Both the position numbers and the translations under genes were made by a program. DNA of 46,647 bases from a virus: positions 1 to 46,647 of the IMG/VR virus record IMGVR_UViG_3300010399_000049; one strand, 5' to 3'. Below are positions 30,971 to 39,504 of this stretch, piece after piece. The stretch's first letter is position 1. Every line of letters starts with the position of its first letter. The notes beneath the pieces were generated by a model. It ran no database searches and was not told the origin of the DNA. It was given only the letters and a program-made list of their open reading frames with translations.

Positions 30971-31258
30971 ATGGCCGAAACAACGGTCCCTCGGCTCGTC
31001 GAAGCGACGGTCGAAGACCTCGTGACCACGTTGGTCAACAAGCAAATCGAGGTCCTCTCCGAGGGCAGCGAACTCTCCCGTCATCGCAAGAAGATGGGCG
31101 AGCTGAAGAAAGAGCGGGACGGCATCATCGCCGAAATCACCCGCCGCCAGGTCAAACTCTCGAATATGGAACTCCCGCTCGGCCTCACGACGAACGAACA
31201 AGGATTCGTAGTCGCCGAGCACGTTACCGACGAAGTCGGAGATGAGGCAGAAGATTAG
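30971..31258 (+). CDS. Hypothetical acidic coiled-coil protein (95 aa)
   Basis: ORF-track ORF. RBS AAAGGAA. Confidence 0.55.
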   Translation: MAETTVPRLVEATVEDLVTTLVNKQIEVLSEGSELSRHRKKMGELKKERDGIIAEITRRQVKLSNMELPLGLTTNEQGFVVAEHVTDEVGDEAED

Positions 31259-31501
31259 ATGGACCGTCACATCCAGGTCAACGTCCGCGAAAACGGCGGG
31301 CAGATGCTCATCACGGTACAGACGGCGCACGCCGAGAGCCTGAGCCTCGCGATCGACGCGCCGCTCCACGTTCCGGAACCGGCGCCGAAACTCGACGACG
31401 TGCCGACGCCCAAACCGATCGAGGCGCGCAAGCGGCTACGCAAGCGCCCCCGCAAGTCCGTGGTCAAACCGACCGCCAAGAAGACCGCGCGCCGGCGCTA
31501 A
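31259..31501 (+). CDS. Hypothetical protein with a Lys/Arg-rich tail (80 aa)
   Basis: ORF-track ORF that begins at the base after the upstream stop. Confidence 0.5.
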   Translation: MDRHIQVNVRENGGQMLITVQTAHAESLSLAIDAPLHVPEPAPKLDDVPTPKPIEARKRLRKRPRKSVVKPTAKKTARRR

Positions 31502-31568
31502 GTCCCCCGAGCGTCCTTCGGCCGTGAGAGGGCCGAGGGCGCTATCCCCATTGCTAGAGGAACAAAAT

Positions 31569-32129
31569 ATGCCCGTTATCGGAATCGACCCCAGCTTCCG
31601 CGGGTGCGGCGTTTCGGATGGAGCGCATCATCTCGTGGTCAAGACCGAGCCTCAGGATACAGACCCGAACCAGGCCGCAGCTATCACCCGTCGACGCCGC
31701 GAGATTCTCGCCGCGATCGCCGATTGGATGAACGTCCACCACCCGAACGCCGAAGACGTGGTGCTCTACATCGAGGCGCCGGCGTTCGGTCAAGCCTCGC
31801 AGGCGAGCCACCTCTACGAACTCGGCTGGCTGATGCACGGCTTCCACCATACGCTCCATCACCTCATCTCTGGCGACATCGTTAAAGTCGTCGAGGTTTC
31901 GACCACGGCGCTCCGCAAGTGGGCCACCGGAAAGGGAAACACGCCCAAGGACGGGATGAAGCTCGCCGTCTACAAGAAGTTCGGCATCGAGTTCGAACAG
32001 GACCCCGGTTGCGACAAGCTCTTCGCGTTCCTGCTCTGCAAGTTCGGCGAGGGCGTCGAGGCCGGCGAGATTGACTTCTCGGCCTCGAAGCTGCGCGGCC
32101 AGAAGACCCGGAAGAAGGTGACGACGTGA
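31569..32129 (+). CDS. RuvC-like Holliday junction resolvase
   Basis: ATG 31569 after GAGGAA. N-terminal VIGIDPSFRGCG, followed by acidic residues spaced as in the RuvC fold. Confidence 0.6.
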   Translation: MPVIGIDPSFRGCGVSDGAHHLVVKTEPQDTDPNQAAAITRRRREILAAIADWMNVHHPNAEDVVLYIEAPAFGQASQASHLYELGWLMHGFHHTLHHLISGDIVKVVEVSTTALRKWATGKGNTPKDGMKLAVYKKFGIEFEQDPGCDKLFAFLLCKFGEGVEAGEIDFSASKLRGQKTRKKVTT

Positions 32130-32524
32130 CCGACATCCGCCATACCATCGCCCGCCCCTGGATCGGCGTCGACCTCGACGGCACGCTCGCGGACCACTAT
32201 TGGCCCGAGAAGGGCGAGTACCACCCGGAGCGCATCGGCGACCCGGTTCCCGCCATGGTCGAGCGCGTTCAGCGGTGGATCATGGACGGCCACGAGGTTC
32301 GCATCTTCACCGCGCGCGTCGGCCCGAACGGTTCGGCCCCGCATACCGCGCACATGGAGGACCGCGACGCCATCTTCATCGCCATAGGCGACTGGACCGA
32401 GAAGCACATCGGGACGCGCCTGAAAGCGACCTGCACGAAGGACTACAATATGGTCTCGCTTTGGGACGATCGCGCGGTGCGCGTCATCTGCAACACGGGC
32501 AATCCGTGCTGCGAGGCCGAGTAG
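32126..32524 (+). CDS. HAD-superfamily phosphatase-like protein
   Basis: Motif I GVDLDGTLAD, later FTAR and WDD. 132 aa. Confidence 0.6.
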   Translation: MTDIRHTIARPWIGVDLDGTLADHYWPEKGEYHPERIGDPVPAMVERVQRWIMDGHEVRIFTARVGPNGSAPHTAHMEDRDAIFIAIGDWTEKHIGTRLKATCTKDYNMVSLWDDRAVRVICNTGNPCCEAE

Positions 32525-32770
32525 ATGCCGCGCGAGGTCATCCGCCGCGGGAACCCGCCTTCGGCCTGGACGCGCATCCTCGAACTCTTGAGCGACGGCA
32601 AGGCGCGCTCCGCGGACGCAATCGCCGCGACGATGCCCGACCTCAAGCAAAGCACGATCGCGACGCTCCTAAGCCTCGAAGCGAACCTCGGCCGGAAGAT
32701 AGCCGCGCGCCGCGCCGACACCACCTCGAACCGGAAGGTCTACTACCTCGTCGAGAAAGCTGGGCCATGA
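32525..32770 (+). CDS. Winged-helix DNA-binding protein candidate (81 aa)
   Basis: ILELLSDGKARSADAIAATMPDLKQSTIATLLSLE..KVYYL: MarR/wHTH-like pattern. Confidence 0.45.
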   Translation: MPREVIRRGNPPSAWTRILELLSDGKARSADAIAATMPDLKQSTIATLLSLEANLGRKIAARRADTTSNRKVYYLVEKAGP

Positions 32771-33254
32771 ACGACCACGTCAACCTCTCCGCAGACCTCC
32801 CCGAGGTCACGACCGAGATTTTCACCACCGCCAGCGTCGCCGTCGGGCTGCGCGGGAGCGGGAAGACCGAGTGCGGCGTCGTGCTGGCCGAGGAGGCCGT
32901 CGCGCACGGCGTCCCGGTCGTGGCTATCGACCCCACCGGCGTCTGGTACGGGATGCGCTCGTCCCGCGACGGCAAGGGCCCGGGCCTGCCGTTCTACGTC
33001 TTCGGAGGCGAGCACGCCGACGTGCCGCTCGAGCCCGACCGAAGACCTGGGTCTATAGCGCGGAGGGCCTCCCGACGTGTACGGATCGCGAGGAGCGGCC
33101 GGAAGGCGACGACGGCAAGGCGTTCCGGTATTGTGGCGGCGCGAGGACGCCCGAACAGGAACGGGCGCTCTACGACGCCGTGATGCGAGGCGTCGAGCCG
33201 AAAATAACAGAGGCGCCCACCGGAACGAATCCGATGGGCGTCTCTGCTTGCTAG
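32767..33254 (+). pseudogene. Truncated P-loop ATPase (HerA/FtsK-like N-terminus) joined out of frame to an unrelated 70-codon tail
   Basis: Walker A GLRGSGKT and VPVVAIDPTGVWYG are intact up to about 33040, after which the frame turns into Arg-rich junk ending at 33183. The -1 frame from about 33042 reads protein-like sequence to TAG 33254. Confidence 0.5.
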
Positions 33255-33340
33255 TCGAAACGATCTCCCGTTCTGACGCCGACCCCTTTAGCCGCACGCC
33301 CGGGGGAGGCCTTCTCGCCTGTTCCACAAAAACATTTTCC

Positions 33341-33706
33341 ATGACGACCAACTCCTGGCTATGCTCACGGTGCCGAGGACCGCGCGAAACAAAGCAACGA
33401 TACTGCCGGGATTGCCGGAACGCATACGCACGCGAGAACCGACCAAAACATAGCGAACTCTCTCCCGAAGCGCGCCTAAAGGCCGTTGCTCGCGCTTACC
33501 TCAACGTCTACATCGGCAGAGGGAAAATCGTCCGTGGGCCGTGCTCGGTCTGCGGATCGAACAAGAATATCGAAGGGCACCACCACGACTACTCCAAGCC
33601 GCTCGATGTGGTGTGGCTTTGTCGAAGGTGCCATATGGCAGAGCATGGCGTGTTTATTATGAAACCATCTACAGATGCACGCCTGCGCTCGGCAAGTGCT
33701 GGATGA
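33341..33706 (+). CDS. HNH/zinc-binding nuclease-like phage protein (121 aa)
   Basis: CSRC..CRDC, then CSVCGS..IEGHHHDYSKPLDVVWLCRRCHMAEH. Confidence 0.6.
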   Translation: MTTNSWLCSRCRGPRETKQRYCRDCRNAYARENRPKHSELSPEARLKAVARAYLNVYIGRGKIVRGPCSVCGSNKNIEGHHHDYSKPLDVVWLCRRCHMAEHGVFIMKPSTDARLRSASAG

Positions 33707-33860
33707 GCCAGATGAGGACGATGATGCCGGCGACGGCCCAGACGATGCGCGGTGCGAACGGCGGAACCCCGGGGATGTTCGAGAGAATCCAGACGACGAC
33801 CCCGGCGAACACGGCGACGATGAGCAGCATGATGAGGAAAGCGACGAGCAGAGCGAGCAT
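33669..33860 (-). CDS. Small two-TM membrane protein (63 aa), stand-alone after a terminator
   Basis: Start moved to ATG 33860 (RBS GAAAGG), because the ORF-track TTG start lies inside the terminator U tract. Overlaps the convergent gene by 38 nt. Confidence 0.45.
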   Translation of the reverse strand: MLALLVAFLIMLLIVAVFAGVVVWILSNIPGVPPFAPRIVWAVAGIIVLIWLIQHLPSAGVHL

Positions 33861-33902
33861 GGCTGACCAACCTTTCGGCCCTATCGTACCCGCCCAGGGC
33901 AA

Positions 33903-33929
33903 CAGAAAACCCGCCGCTCGCGCGACGGG
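33903..33929 (-). terminator. Rho-independent terminator
   Basis: The minus strand reads CCCGUCGC-gcga-GCGGCGGG followed by UUUUCUGUU. Starts 28 nt after the stop at 33957. Confidence 0.65.
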
Positions 33930-33956
33930 CCTTCTGCCCCTTCTCGCAAGGACGAT

Positions 33957-34256
33957 TTAGGCGGGCGTGGCCGCCTGCGAGAGGGTCAGGCCATACCAAC
34001 TCCGATTTTCCTTGACCGCCAGCTTCACGGGCTGGCCGGCGGCGAAGGCCGCCGCGTCGGAGAGGACGACGCTGATGATGCCGAAGAAGCCGCCGCCGAT
34101 CGCGGGGAACTCGGCCGTCGGGCCGTTCGGGAGCACGCCCACCGAGGCGTGGTAACTCGTACCCGGGATGGTGCCCGAGACCGGCTGGCCGGCCGCGAAC
34201 GCCGCGACGTCGCCGAGGGCGGCTTCGACCAGCCCGAGTTCCTGAAGAAGAGTCAT
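33957..34256 (-). CDS. Hypothetical protein with an internal AAFAAGQPV duplication (99 aa)
   Basis: ORF-track ORF. The motif occurs twice. Confidence 0.5.
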   Translation of the reverse strand: MTLLQELGLVEAALGDVAAFAAGQPVSGTIPGTSYHASVGVLPNGPTAEFPAIGGGFFGIISVVLSDAAAFAAGQPVKLAVKENRSWYGLTLSQAATPA

Positions 34257-34284
34257 GCGAGAGGCCTTTCTGAATAGCGAGGTG

Positions 34285-34620
34285 CTACGGCGTTTCCGTG
34301 GGCGCCCCGCCGCTCCCTGGCGGGTTCTTCGGGATATTCGGCGATCGCCCGAAGAACGCGGCCAGCAGCGAGAGCACGATGGCGCCGGCTACCGTGATGC
34401 TCACCCCCAGGAGCTGCATCACCGCGAAGATGTCCGCGTCCGAGAGCGGCACCTGATGCTTCAGGTGGACGAACGCGAAGTAGAGCGACTCGAGGTAGTG
34501 CGGATCCTCGACCAGGTGGAACCAGCCGTAGACGGCCGTGATGATGAGCGTCCCGCCTCCGACCACGAGCCCGCTGACCGCGACGGCGTGCGTGTTGAGG
34601 GCGCGAAGGAATCCGAGCAC
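34285..34620 (-). CDS. Membrane protein, holin candidate (111 aa)
   Basis: GTG start 5 nt after AGGAGG. At least two hydrophobic helices plus a charged C-terminal tail. Lies in the lysis neighbourhood. Confidence 0.5.
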   Translation of the reverse strand: MLGFLRALNTHAVAVSGLVVGGGTLIITAVYGWFHLVEDPHYLESLYFAFVHLKHQVPLSDADIFAVMQLLGVSITVAGAIVLSLLAAFFGRSPNIPKNPPGSGGAPTETP

Positions 34621-34631
34621 GACGACCTCCT

Positions 34632-34668
34632 AAACGAACAAGCCGGCCGGAAAGGTCCGGTCGGCTTG
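34632..34668 (-). terminator. Rho-independent terminator
   Basis: 12-bp stem 34639-34650/34657-34668 with a 6-nt loop. The minus strand continues UUCGUUU. Confidence 0.65.
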
Positions 34669-34689
34669 CTACGTTCCGCGGGGGAGCTT

Positions 34690-35022
34690 TTAGGTCCCGG
34701 TTCCGTCGGCCGGCGGGGCCGGCTCGGGGGCCGGTGCCGGGGCGGGCTCGGTGCTCGCCGTCGCGGCCTTGATGGCGGCGTCGAAGGTCTTGATCTGGGC
34801 GATTTCGTCCGAGAGGTCGGGCGCGTTCTGGACGTTCGCGAGCTTCGTTTCGATGGACGTGACCGCAGCGGTCAGCGCGTCGAGGTCGGTTCCTTCGGCC
34901 GCGAGGGCCGCTTTGAGGTCGTCGACTTGAGACATGATACGGGACTCTCCTTTGACGATTGCAATCAGTAGCCGCTCGACCCGGCCCAGCCGTTCATCAA
35001 TGCGGCGTTCGTATTCAGACAT
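34690..35022 (-). CDS. Coiled-coil protein with a Pro/Ala-rich tail (110 aa; strong internal start at 34935)
   Basis: ORF-track ORF. AAAGGAGAG precedes the internal ATG (MSQVDDLK...). Confidence 0.5.
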   Translation of the reverse strand: MSEYERRIDERLGRVERLLIAIVKGESRIMSQVDDLKAALAAEGTDLDALTAAVTSIETKLANVQNAPDLSDEIAQIKTFDAAIKAATASTEPAPAPAPEPAPPADGTGT

Positions 35023-35058
35023 CGCCTTCGGTTCTTACCCGAATCGGTCGCCTGTCCT

Positions 35059-35700
35059 CTATCGCGCGATGCTCGAGAAGTCCCCGAGGATGACGTCGCG
35101 ATCGACGTTGTTCCCTGGCGTGGAGAGGCCGGCGATGCGCGGCAGCTCGGCGCCGTCGGAGAACTGGTGCATCACGACCTTCTTGACGCCCGGGATGGGG
35201 TCGAAATGGCCGGCCGGCACGCCGTACTGCGCGACCACGAATCGATGCCCGGCGAAGGCGTCGGTGCCCCCGAAGTACGTCGTCCAGGTATCGTTGTTCG
35301 TGTAGATGATGGGCTGGCCGACCTTTTTCTCGAGGACGTGGAGCGTGGCCGAGAGGTTCGCGATCCGGGCCTGGACGTTCGGGCCCCAGCCGTTGACCCC
35401 AGAGCCTTCCTCGACGTCGACCATGACCGCCAGGTCCCCGAACCGGCCGTTGGCCGCCTGAAGGAAGTGCTCGGCCTGCGCCGCGCCGTCCTGGCCCATC
35501 AGCCAGAAGAAGTACGAGCCGAACTTCGTGCCGTGGGCCTTGCAGGCGTCGTGCGCGTTCGTGAACGCCGGGCCGTCGTCGTCGAAGGGGTTGGTCCCGT
35601 AGCTCGCGCGCGCGTAGACGAACTTCACCCGCGGGTCGTCGAGCGCGAGCGCCCAGACCGGGCTCCCGTTGGCGTAACTGACATCGCATCCGTAAATCAT
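35059..35700 (-). CDS. Endolysin, glycoside hydrolase family 25 muramidase
   Basis: YGCDVSYANG, FVYARASYG, GSYFF, MVDVEE, IIYTN..W, VAQYG and VDRDV blocks follow the GH25 pattern. Confidence 0.85.
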   Translation of the reverse strand: MIYGCDVSYANGSPVWALALDDPRVKFVYARASYGTNPFDDDGPAFTNAHDACKAHGTKFGSYFFWLMGQDGAAQAEHFLQAANGRFGDLAVMVDVEEGSGVNGWGPNVQARIANLSATLHVLEKKVGQPIIYTNNDTWTTYFGGTDAFAGHRFVVAQYGVPAGHFDPIPGVKKVVMHQFSDGAELPRIAGLSTPGNNVDRDVILGDFSSIAR

Positions 35701-36197
35701 GCTTCTTCGCCCTCCTCAGGCGCTCTGTGAAAAGGGCGGTGAGACTTCGCTGCCTCCGCGCGAGATTCTACGGCTCGTTTGTGCATCTGCTCGTAAATCC
35801 AGCTCTCGAGCAGTTCGGGAATGGGTGGCATCTCTTCGAAGGGCCGGCCGCTCTTCACGAAGTTGATGACGTCGACGATGTAGATGATCGCGGTATCCGC
35901 GCGCTCGGTGGCCGCGTCGGCGCGTTCGCCGGCGGCCTTGGTCTGCTCGATGAGGGCGTCGATACGTTGCCGATAGCCCTCGGCCGCGAGCCGATAGCTC
36001 CGCGCCGCCGAGGCAGAGTTCCGGCTATCCTCGAGCGCCGCGGTCAACTCGTGCGAGATGCGCGCGGTATCGATGAGCTTCGGCAGGTACTTGATGGCGC
36101 CCCAGAGCGCGACCAGACCCGCCGCGGCGCCGCCGATTTTGGCGATGACGTCCGCGCCGACCGACATGATTCTCTCGATGATGCTGGAGTGATCCAT
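35697..36197 (-). CDS. N-terminal TM plus coiled-coil protein (lysis-associated candidate: holin or i-spanin-like)
   Basis: One hydrophobic segment (IAKIGGAAAGLVALWGAI), then helical charged sequence. Overlaps the endolysin start. Confidence 0.4.
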   Translation of the reverse strand: MDHSSIIERIMSVGADVIAKIGGAAAGLVALWGAIKYLPKLIDTARISHELTAALEDSRNSASAARSYRLAAEGYRQRIDALIEQTKAAGERADAATERADTAIIYIVDVINFVKSGRPFEEMPPIPELLESWIYEQMHKRAVESRAEAAKSHRPFHRAPEEGEEA

Positions 36198-36217
36198 CTA
36201 TTTCTTGTTCCCCTATA

Positions 36218-37222
36218 CTATGGCCGGGCCGTGGCTTGGACGCTGAAAACGCCGATATAGCCCGTGGAACCGACGCCGCCCTGGAAGGTGTAGGTGACGC
36301 TGGGAGTCTGCCCGCCGGTCGCGGTGCCGATGTAGTCGATCGGCTCGGGGCCGACGGCGCCGCTATCGGGGACGGTGATGGAGCCGGATTCCCAGCTCGC
36401 GCCGCTGCCAGCCAGCTGCTGATACCCACCCGGGACCGTATCGCCCGAGCCCTGCGCGTAGAGGTCATAGATGACCGAACTCGAGCCGGGGAGCGTGGGC
36501 AGCGTCAGCGTGACCGAGCTGTTCGCCGACGGGCGAAGTTGCTTGCGGAAGATGCTCCCGATGATGGCCGTCAGCGAGAGGTCGATCGTGCCGCCGCCGG
36601 CCGCGACGCCGATGGAGCCGTTGGACGAGATGAGCGAAACGTCGCCGGCCTGCGCCGCGATGGACTTGACGCCCGTATTCGTGATGGTCGCGTTCGAGCC
36701 GCCGGTGATGCTGATTCCGCCGCCCTGGGTCAGCGAGTGGATGACGTTGGTCAGCGGCGCGCCGGATCCCGTGTAGTCGATCGCGGTCACGTGATTCGCG
36801 GCGAGATTCCCCGTATTGATGCTGGTGGAGACAAGTTCACCGTCGAGATTGATGTATCCGGACTGAGCCGACCCGGGCGAGAGGATGACGTAAACCAGGC
36901 CACCACCGCCGGCCTGAACCATCGCGGCGAGTTCGCCGGCCGTCACCGCACCGTAAGCGAAATCCCCGTTGAGCCAGGCTTGCGCCGTGGTCCCCTCTTG
37001 ACCGCGGACGATGGTGCAGACCGGCCCGACGATGTCCGTGACGTAGACGATTTCGAAGATGGACTCCGTCGCCTGGTCCTTGAAGGTCAGGGCCCAAACC
37101 TCGCCCGCGAGCAGGTTCGGCAGATTCTCCGTCGACGCCAGCGTCACGCTCGTCGCGCCGGCGGAAATGCCGCCGCCCGCGATCGTGGTGTTGACATTGT
37201 TTGCCCAAATGAAGTTGCTCAC
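36218..37222 (-). CDS. Tail fiber protein
   Basis: The N-terminal F.W.N...T.AGGISAGATSVTL..EIVYVT...G..CTIVRGQEGT.A block is typical of phage fiber N-termini. Gly/Ser/Thr-rich distal part. Downstream of the baseplate genes. Confidence 0.65.
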   Translation of the reverse strand: MSNFIWANNVNTTIAGGGISAGATSVTLASTENLPNLLAGEVWALTFKDQATESIFEIVYVTDIVGPVCTIVRGQEGTTAQAWLNGDFAYGAVTAGELAAMVQAGGGGLVYVILSPGSAQSGYINLDGELVSTSINTGNLAANHVTAIDYTGSGAPLTNVIHSLTQGGGISITGGSNATITNTGVKSIAAQAGDVSLISSNGSIGVAAGGGTIDLSLTAIIGSIFRKQLRPSANSSVTLTLPTLPGSSSVIYDLYAQGSGDTVPGGYQQLAGSGASWESGSITVPDSGAVGPEPIDYIGTATGGQTPSVTYTFQGGVGSTGYIGVFSVQATARP

Positions 37223-37914
37223 GAAATCACCACCTCGGCGGAAAGTTGGAAGGGAAAAGCGAGGATGCCCTGCGCGAACGCCTGCTGGAAGAAGTCGGAC
37301 GACTCTCCCGGCGGGACCGTGATGGTGTATTCACCCGGGCCCGCAGACGCGACGCTGACCGCCTGCGCTTGCGAGAGGGTGATGTCGCCGCCGTTCGCGC
37401 CGAACAGGAAGCGCGCGACCTTCATCCGCAGGACGAACGCGTTGAAGTACCGTCCCTGGCCGAGATAGAGCCACCACGTCAGCGTGCGCTTGTAGTAGTC
37501 ATCCGATGCGAGGATCGCCGTTCCGGACTGGACGAAGGTGTCGCCGTTCACCTCGTTCGCGTTCAGCGGGAAGGCGTTCAAGCCGGCCGTGTGCATCGTG
37601 GTGCGAGACGAAAAGACCGGGCGCGCGATGCCATAGATGCCGTTCGCGACCCAATCAAGCAGCGGGCCCGAGATGTTCGGGCTCGTGTAGATGGGCAGCG
37701 GCGTGGAGTTGAACCAGTCCAGGTAGGATTGCGCGATCGCATTGTACGCGTCGACGAACGCTTGCAGGTCGGCGTCGTCGGAATACTGCTGGTAGAGATA
37801 GCTCGGGATGATGTCCTGGAGCAGGGTGATGGAAACCGTGCCGCTGGCGAGCGCGGTCTGACCATCCTGGGCCGGGTCGGCGTAGTTCCCGGTGGGCAGC
37901 AGTAGCAGCGACAT
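37219..37914 (-). CDS. Baseplate wedge / fiber-attachment protein (P2 gpI- or Mu gp48-like candidate)
   Basis: Sits directly after the Baseplate_J-like gene. ..LLDWVANGIYGI.. style motif. Confidence 0.5.
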   Translation of the reverse strand: MSLLLLPTGNYADPAQDGQTALASGTVSITLLQDIIPSYLYQQYSDDADLQAFVDAYNAIAQSYLDWFNSTPLPIYTSPNISGPLLDWVANGIYGIARPVFSSRTTMHTAGLNAFPLNANEVNGDTFVQSGTAILASDDYYKRTLTWWLYLGQGRYFNAFVLRMKVARFLFGANGGDITLSQAQAVSVASAGPGEYTITVPPGESSDFFQQAFAQGILAFPFQLSAEVVIS

Positions 37915-37915
37915 T

Positions 37916-39115
37916 CTAGCCCTGCGTCGACGTCACGGCGGTCGGCGCCATAGCGAAGTACCCCTCGGGGTCGCCCTCGATGATGGACGTCCCGGCCGAC
38001 GGCGAGACCGGCGTGCCGTTGATGGTGAACGCGAACTCGAGCGTCGTCAGGTTCGGAACCGGCAGGACCGAAGCGACCGCGTTCTGGATCTGCTCCTGAA
38101 GGACGAGCAGGTTGATGGGCTGGCCGACGGCGATCGCGTTCACATACGAGAGCGCCGCGGCGATGATGAACTGGTTGACCGCCGCGTTCGCCGAGAAGCT
38201 GGTCAACGTGGTGTTCCAGGTAACGGCCAGCGTGACGGTCTGCGAGGGCGGGTTCACGTAGACGACGCTGTAGGTATCCGGCGCGTCGTAGATGGAGACG
38301 GTGATGTTCCGCGGCGTCGTCGCCGAACCGACCAGCAGGCCGACCGAACTGACGCCCTGATAAATGGCGCCGGCGACTTGCTTCGGATCCCCGCCGCCGC
38401 AAATGACCTCCCAGCTGCTGCCGTTCTGGAGTACCGCGACCAGTCGCGGCGAAACGCCGGGGACGGCCAGGAGAAGCGTCTTGAGGTAGGTCTGCGTCCC
38501 GGAGATGGCGACCTGCTGGGCGAGCAGCAGCCGCGCGCGGTAGCTCTCGGTGGTCTCGGGCGCGAGCGCCGGGGTGCCGGCAAGCGGGTTGGTCACGGTG
38601 AGCGTGTATGGATTGGGGACCGCGGTGATGACCTCGTTAATCGAGCCAGCCGGAATGTCGAACGTCGAGGAGTCGTTCGAGACCACGTAGAGCGACTGGG
38701 AACTGCCGCCGGTCCCGACCGTTCCGCCCTCCTGGACGACGAACTGATGCGAGCCGTCGCCGACGGTGAAGCCCGGCGGGATGACGTAGCCCGGCGTGCC
38801 GGCAAAGACCACGAACGCGCTGCCATTCGACGCGGTGCCCTGCTTGAGGCCCGTCTGGATGCTCATCTGCGCGAGGATGTAGGGATTCGCGGCGTAGGGC
38901 GTGACGCTGTTGACCGCGTCGACGCGCGCCTGGTCGAGCGCGATGATGGCGCCCGTATCCGTCCCGCTGATGTCGTCGATCAGCGAGCCCGGCAGATTGG
39001 CCGTGTAGCCCGGCCGGCTGGCCGCGACCAGCGCGATGAGGGTCTGCTGAATCGTCGCCGGCGGGGTCGCGACGGGACCGCTCGCGTCGAAGAGCAGGGG
39101 GAGTCCGAAGCTCAT
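37916..39115 (-). CDS. Baseplate J-like protein
   Basis: 399 aa. ..ETTESYRARLLLAQQVAISGTQTYLKTLLLAVPGV.. matches the Baseplate_J signature region. Confidence 0.7.
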   Translation of the reverse strand: MSFGLPLLFDASGPVATPPATIQQTLIALVAASRPGYTANLPGSLIDDISGTDTGAIIALDQARVDAVNSVTPYAANPYILAQMSIQTGLKQGTASNGSAFVVFAGTPGYVIPPGFTVGDGSHQFVVQEGGTVGTGGSSQSLYVVSNDSSTFDIPAGSINEVITAVPNPYTLTVTNPLAGTPALAPETTESYRARLLLAQQVAISGTQTYLKTLLLAVPGVSPRLVAVLQNGSSWEVICGGGDPKQVAGAIYQGVSSVGLLVGSATTPRNITVSIYDAPDTYSVVYVNPPSQTVTLAVTWNTTLTSFSANAAVNQFIIAAALSYVNAIAVGQPINLLVLQEQIQNAVASVLPVPNLTTLEFAFTINGTPVSPSAGTSIIEGDPEGYFAMAPTAVTSTQG

Positions 39116-39462
39116 GTCGGCACCGTCGTCTCAAGGATCGCGCCGGAATGGCAGAGCGCGCGCACGTCGTAGACGGGCGAGGGCAGGGCCAGCCGGCGCT
39201 GGATGGTGAGGGAGGCGAAGTAGGGAGCGAACTGCGTCTGCGTCTGCCCCGCGTAGTAGTCGGGCGCGACCTGCGTCATCACCGACTGCTGCGCGGGAAT
39301 ACCGTAGTTCCCATAATAGGGCGACTCCCCGAGATTCAGCTTCAAGCATTGGCACGTCGTCGTGAGGTAGACGGCGTCGTTATAGCCGTTCGCGTCAGTC
39401 TCCACGACGACCCACGTCCCGCCTTGGCCGTTCGTTTGACCGACCCTTCCATACGTGCGCAT
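39112..39462 (-). CDS. Small baseplate protein (gpW/gp25-like candidate)
   Basis: 116 aa, immediately upstream of the J-like gene. Confidence 0.4.
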   Translation of the reverse strand: MRTYGRVGQTNGQGGTWVVVETDANGYNDAVYLTTTCQCLKLNLGESPYYGNYGIPAQQSVMTQVAPDYYAGQTQTQFAPYFASLTIQRRLALPSPVYDVRALCHSGAILETTVPT

Positions 39463-39504
39463 GGCGAGCCTTATTCGCCCAGGGCCACAGGAATACCGCC
39501 GCGG

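Noticed and set aside
33861-33902. TTG start at 33902 for the small membrane protein.
   Set aside because: That start codon lies in the U tract of the terminator at 33903-33929. The downstream ATG 33860 has an RBS and begins the hydrophobic segment.
35697-36197. Embedded o-spanin (Rz1-like) gene inside the TM plus coiled-coil gene.
   Set aside because: The alternative frames give Arg/Ser/Pro-rich sequence with no signal peptide or lipobox Cys.
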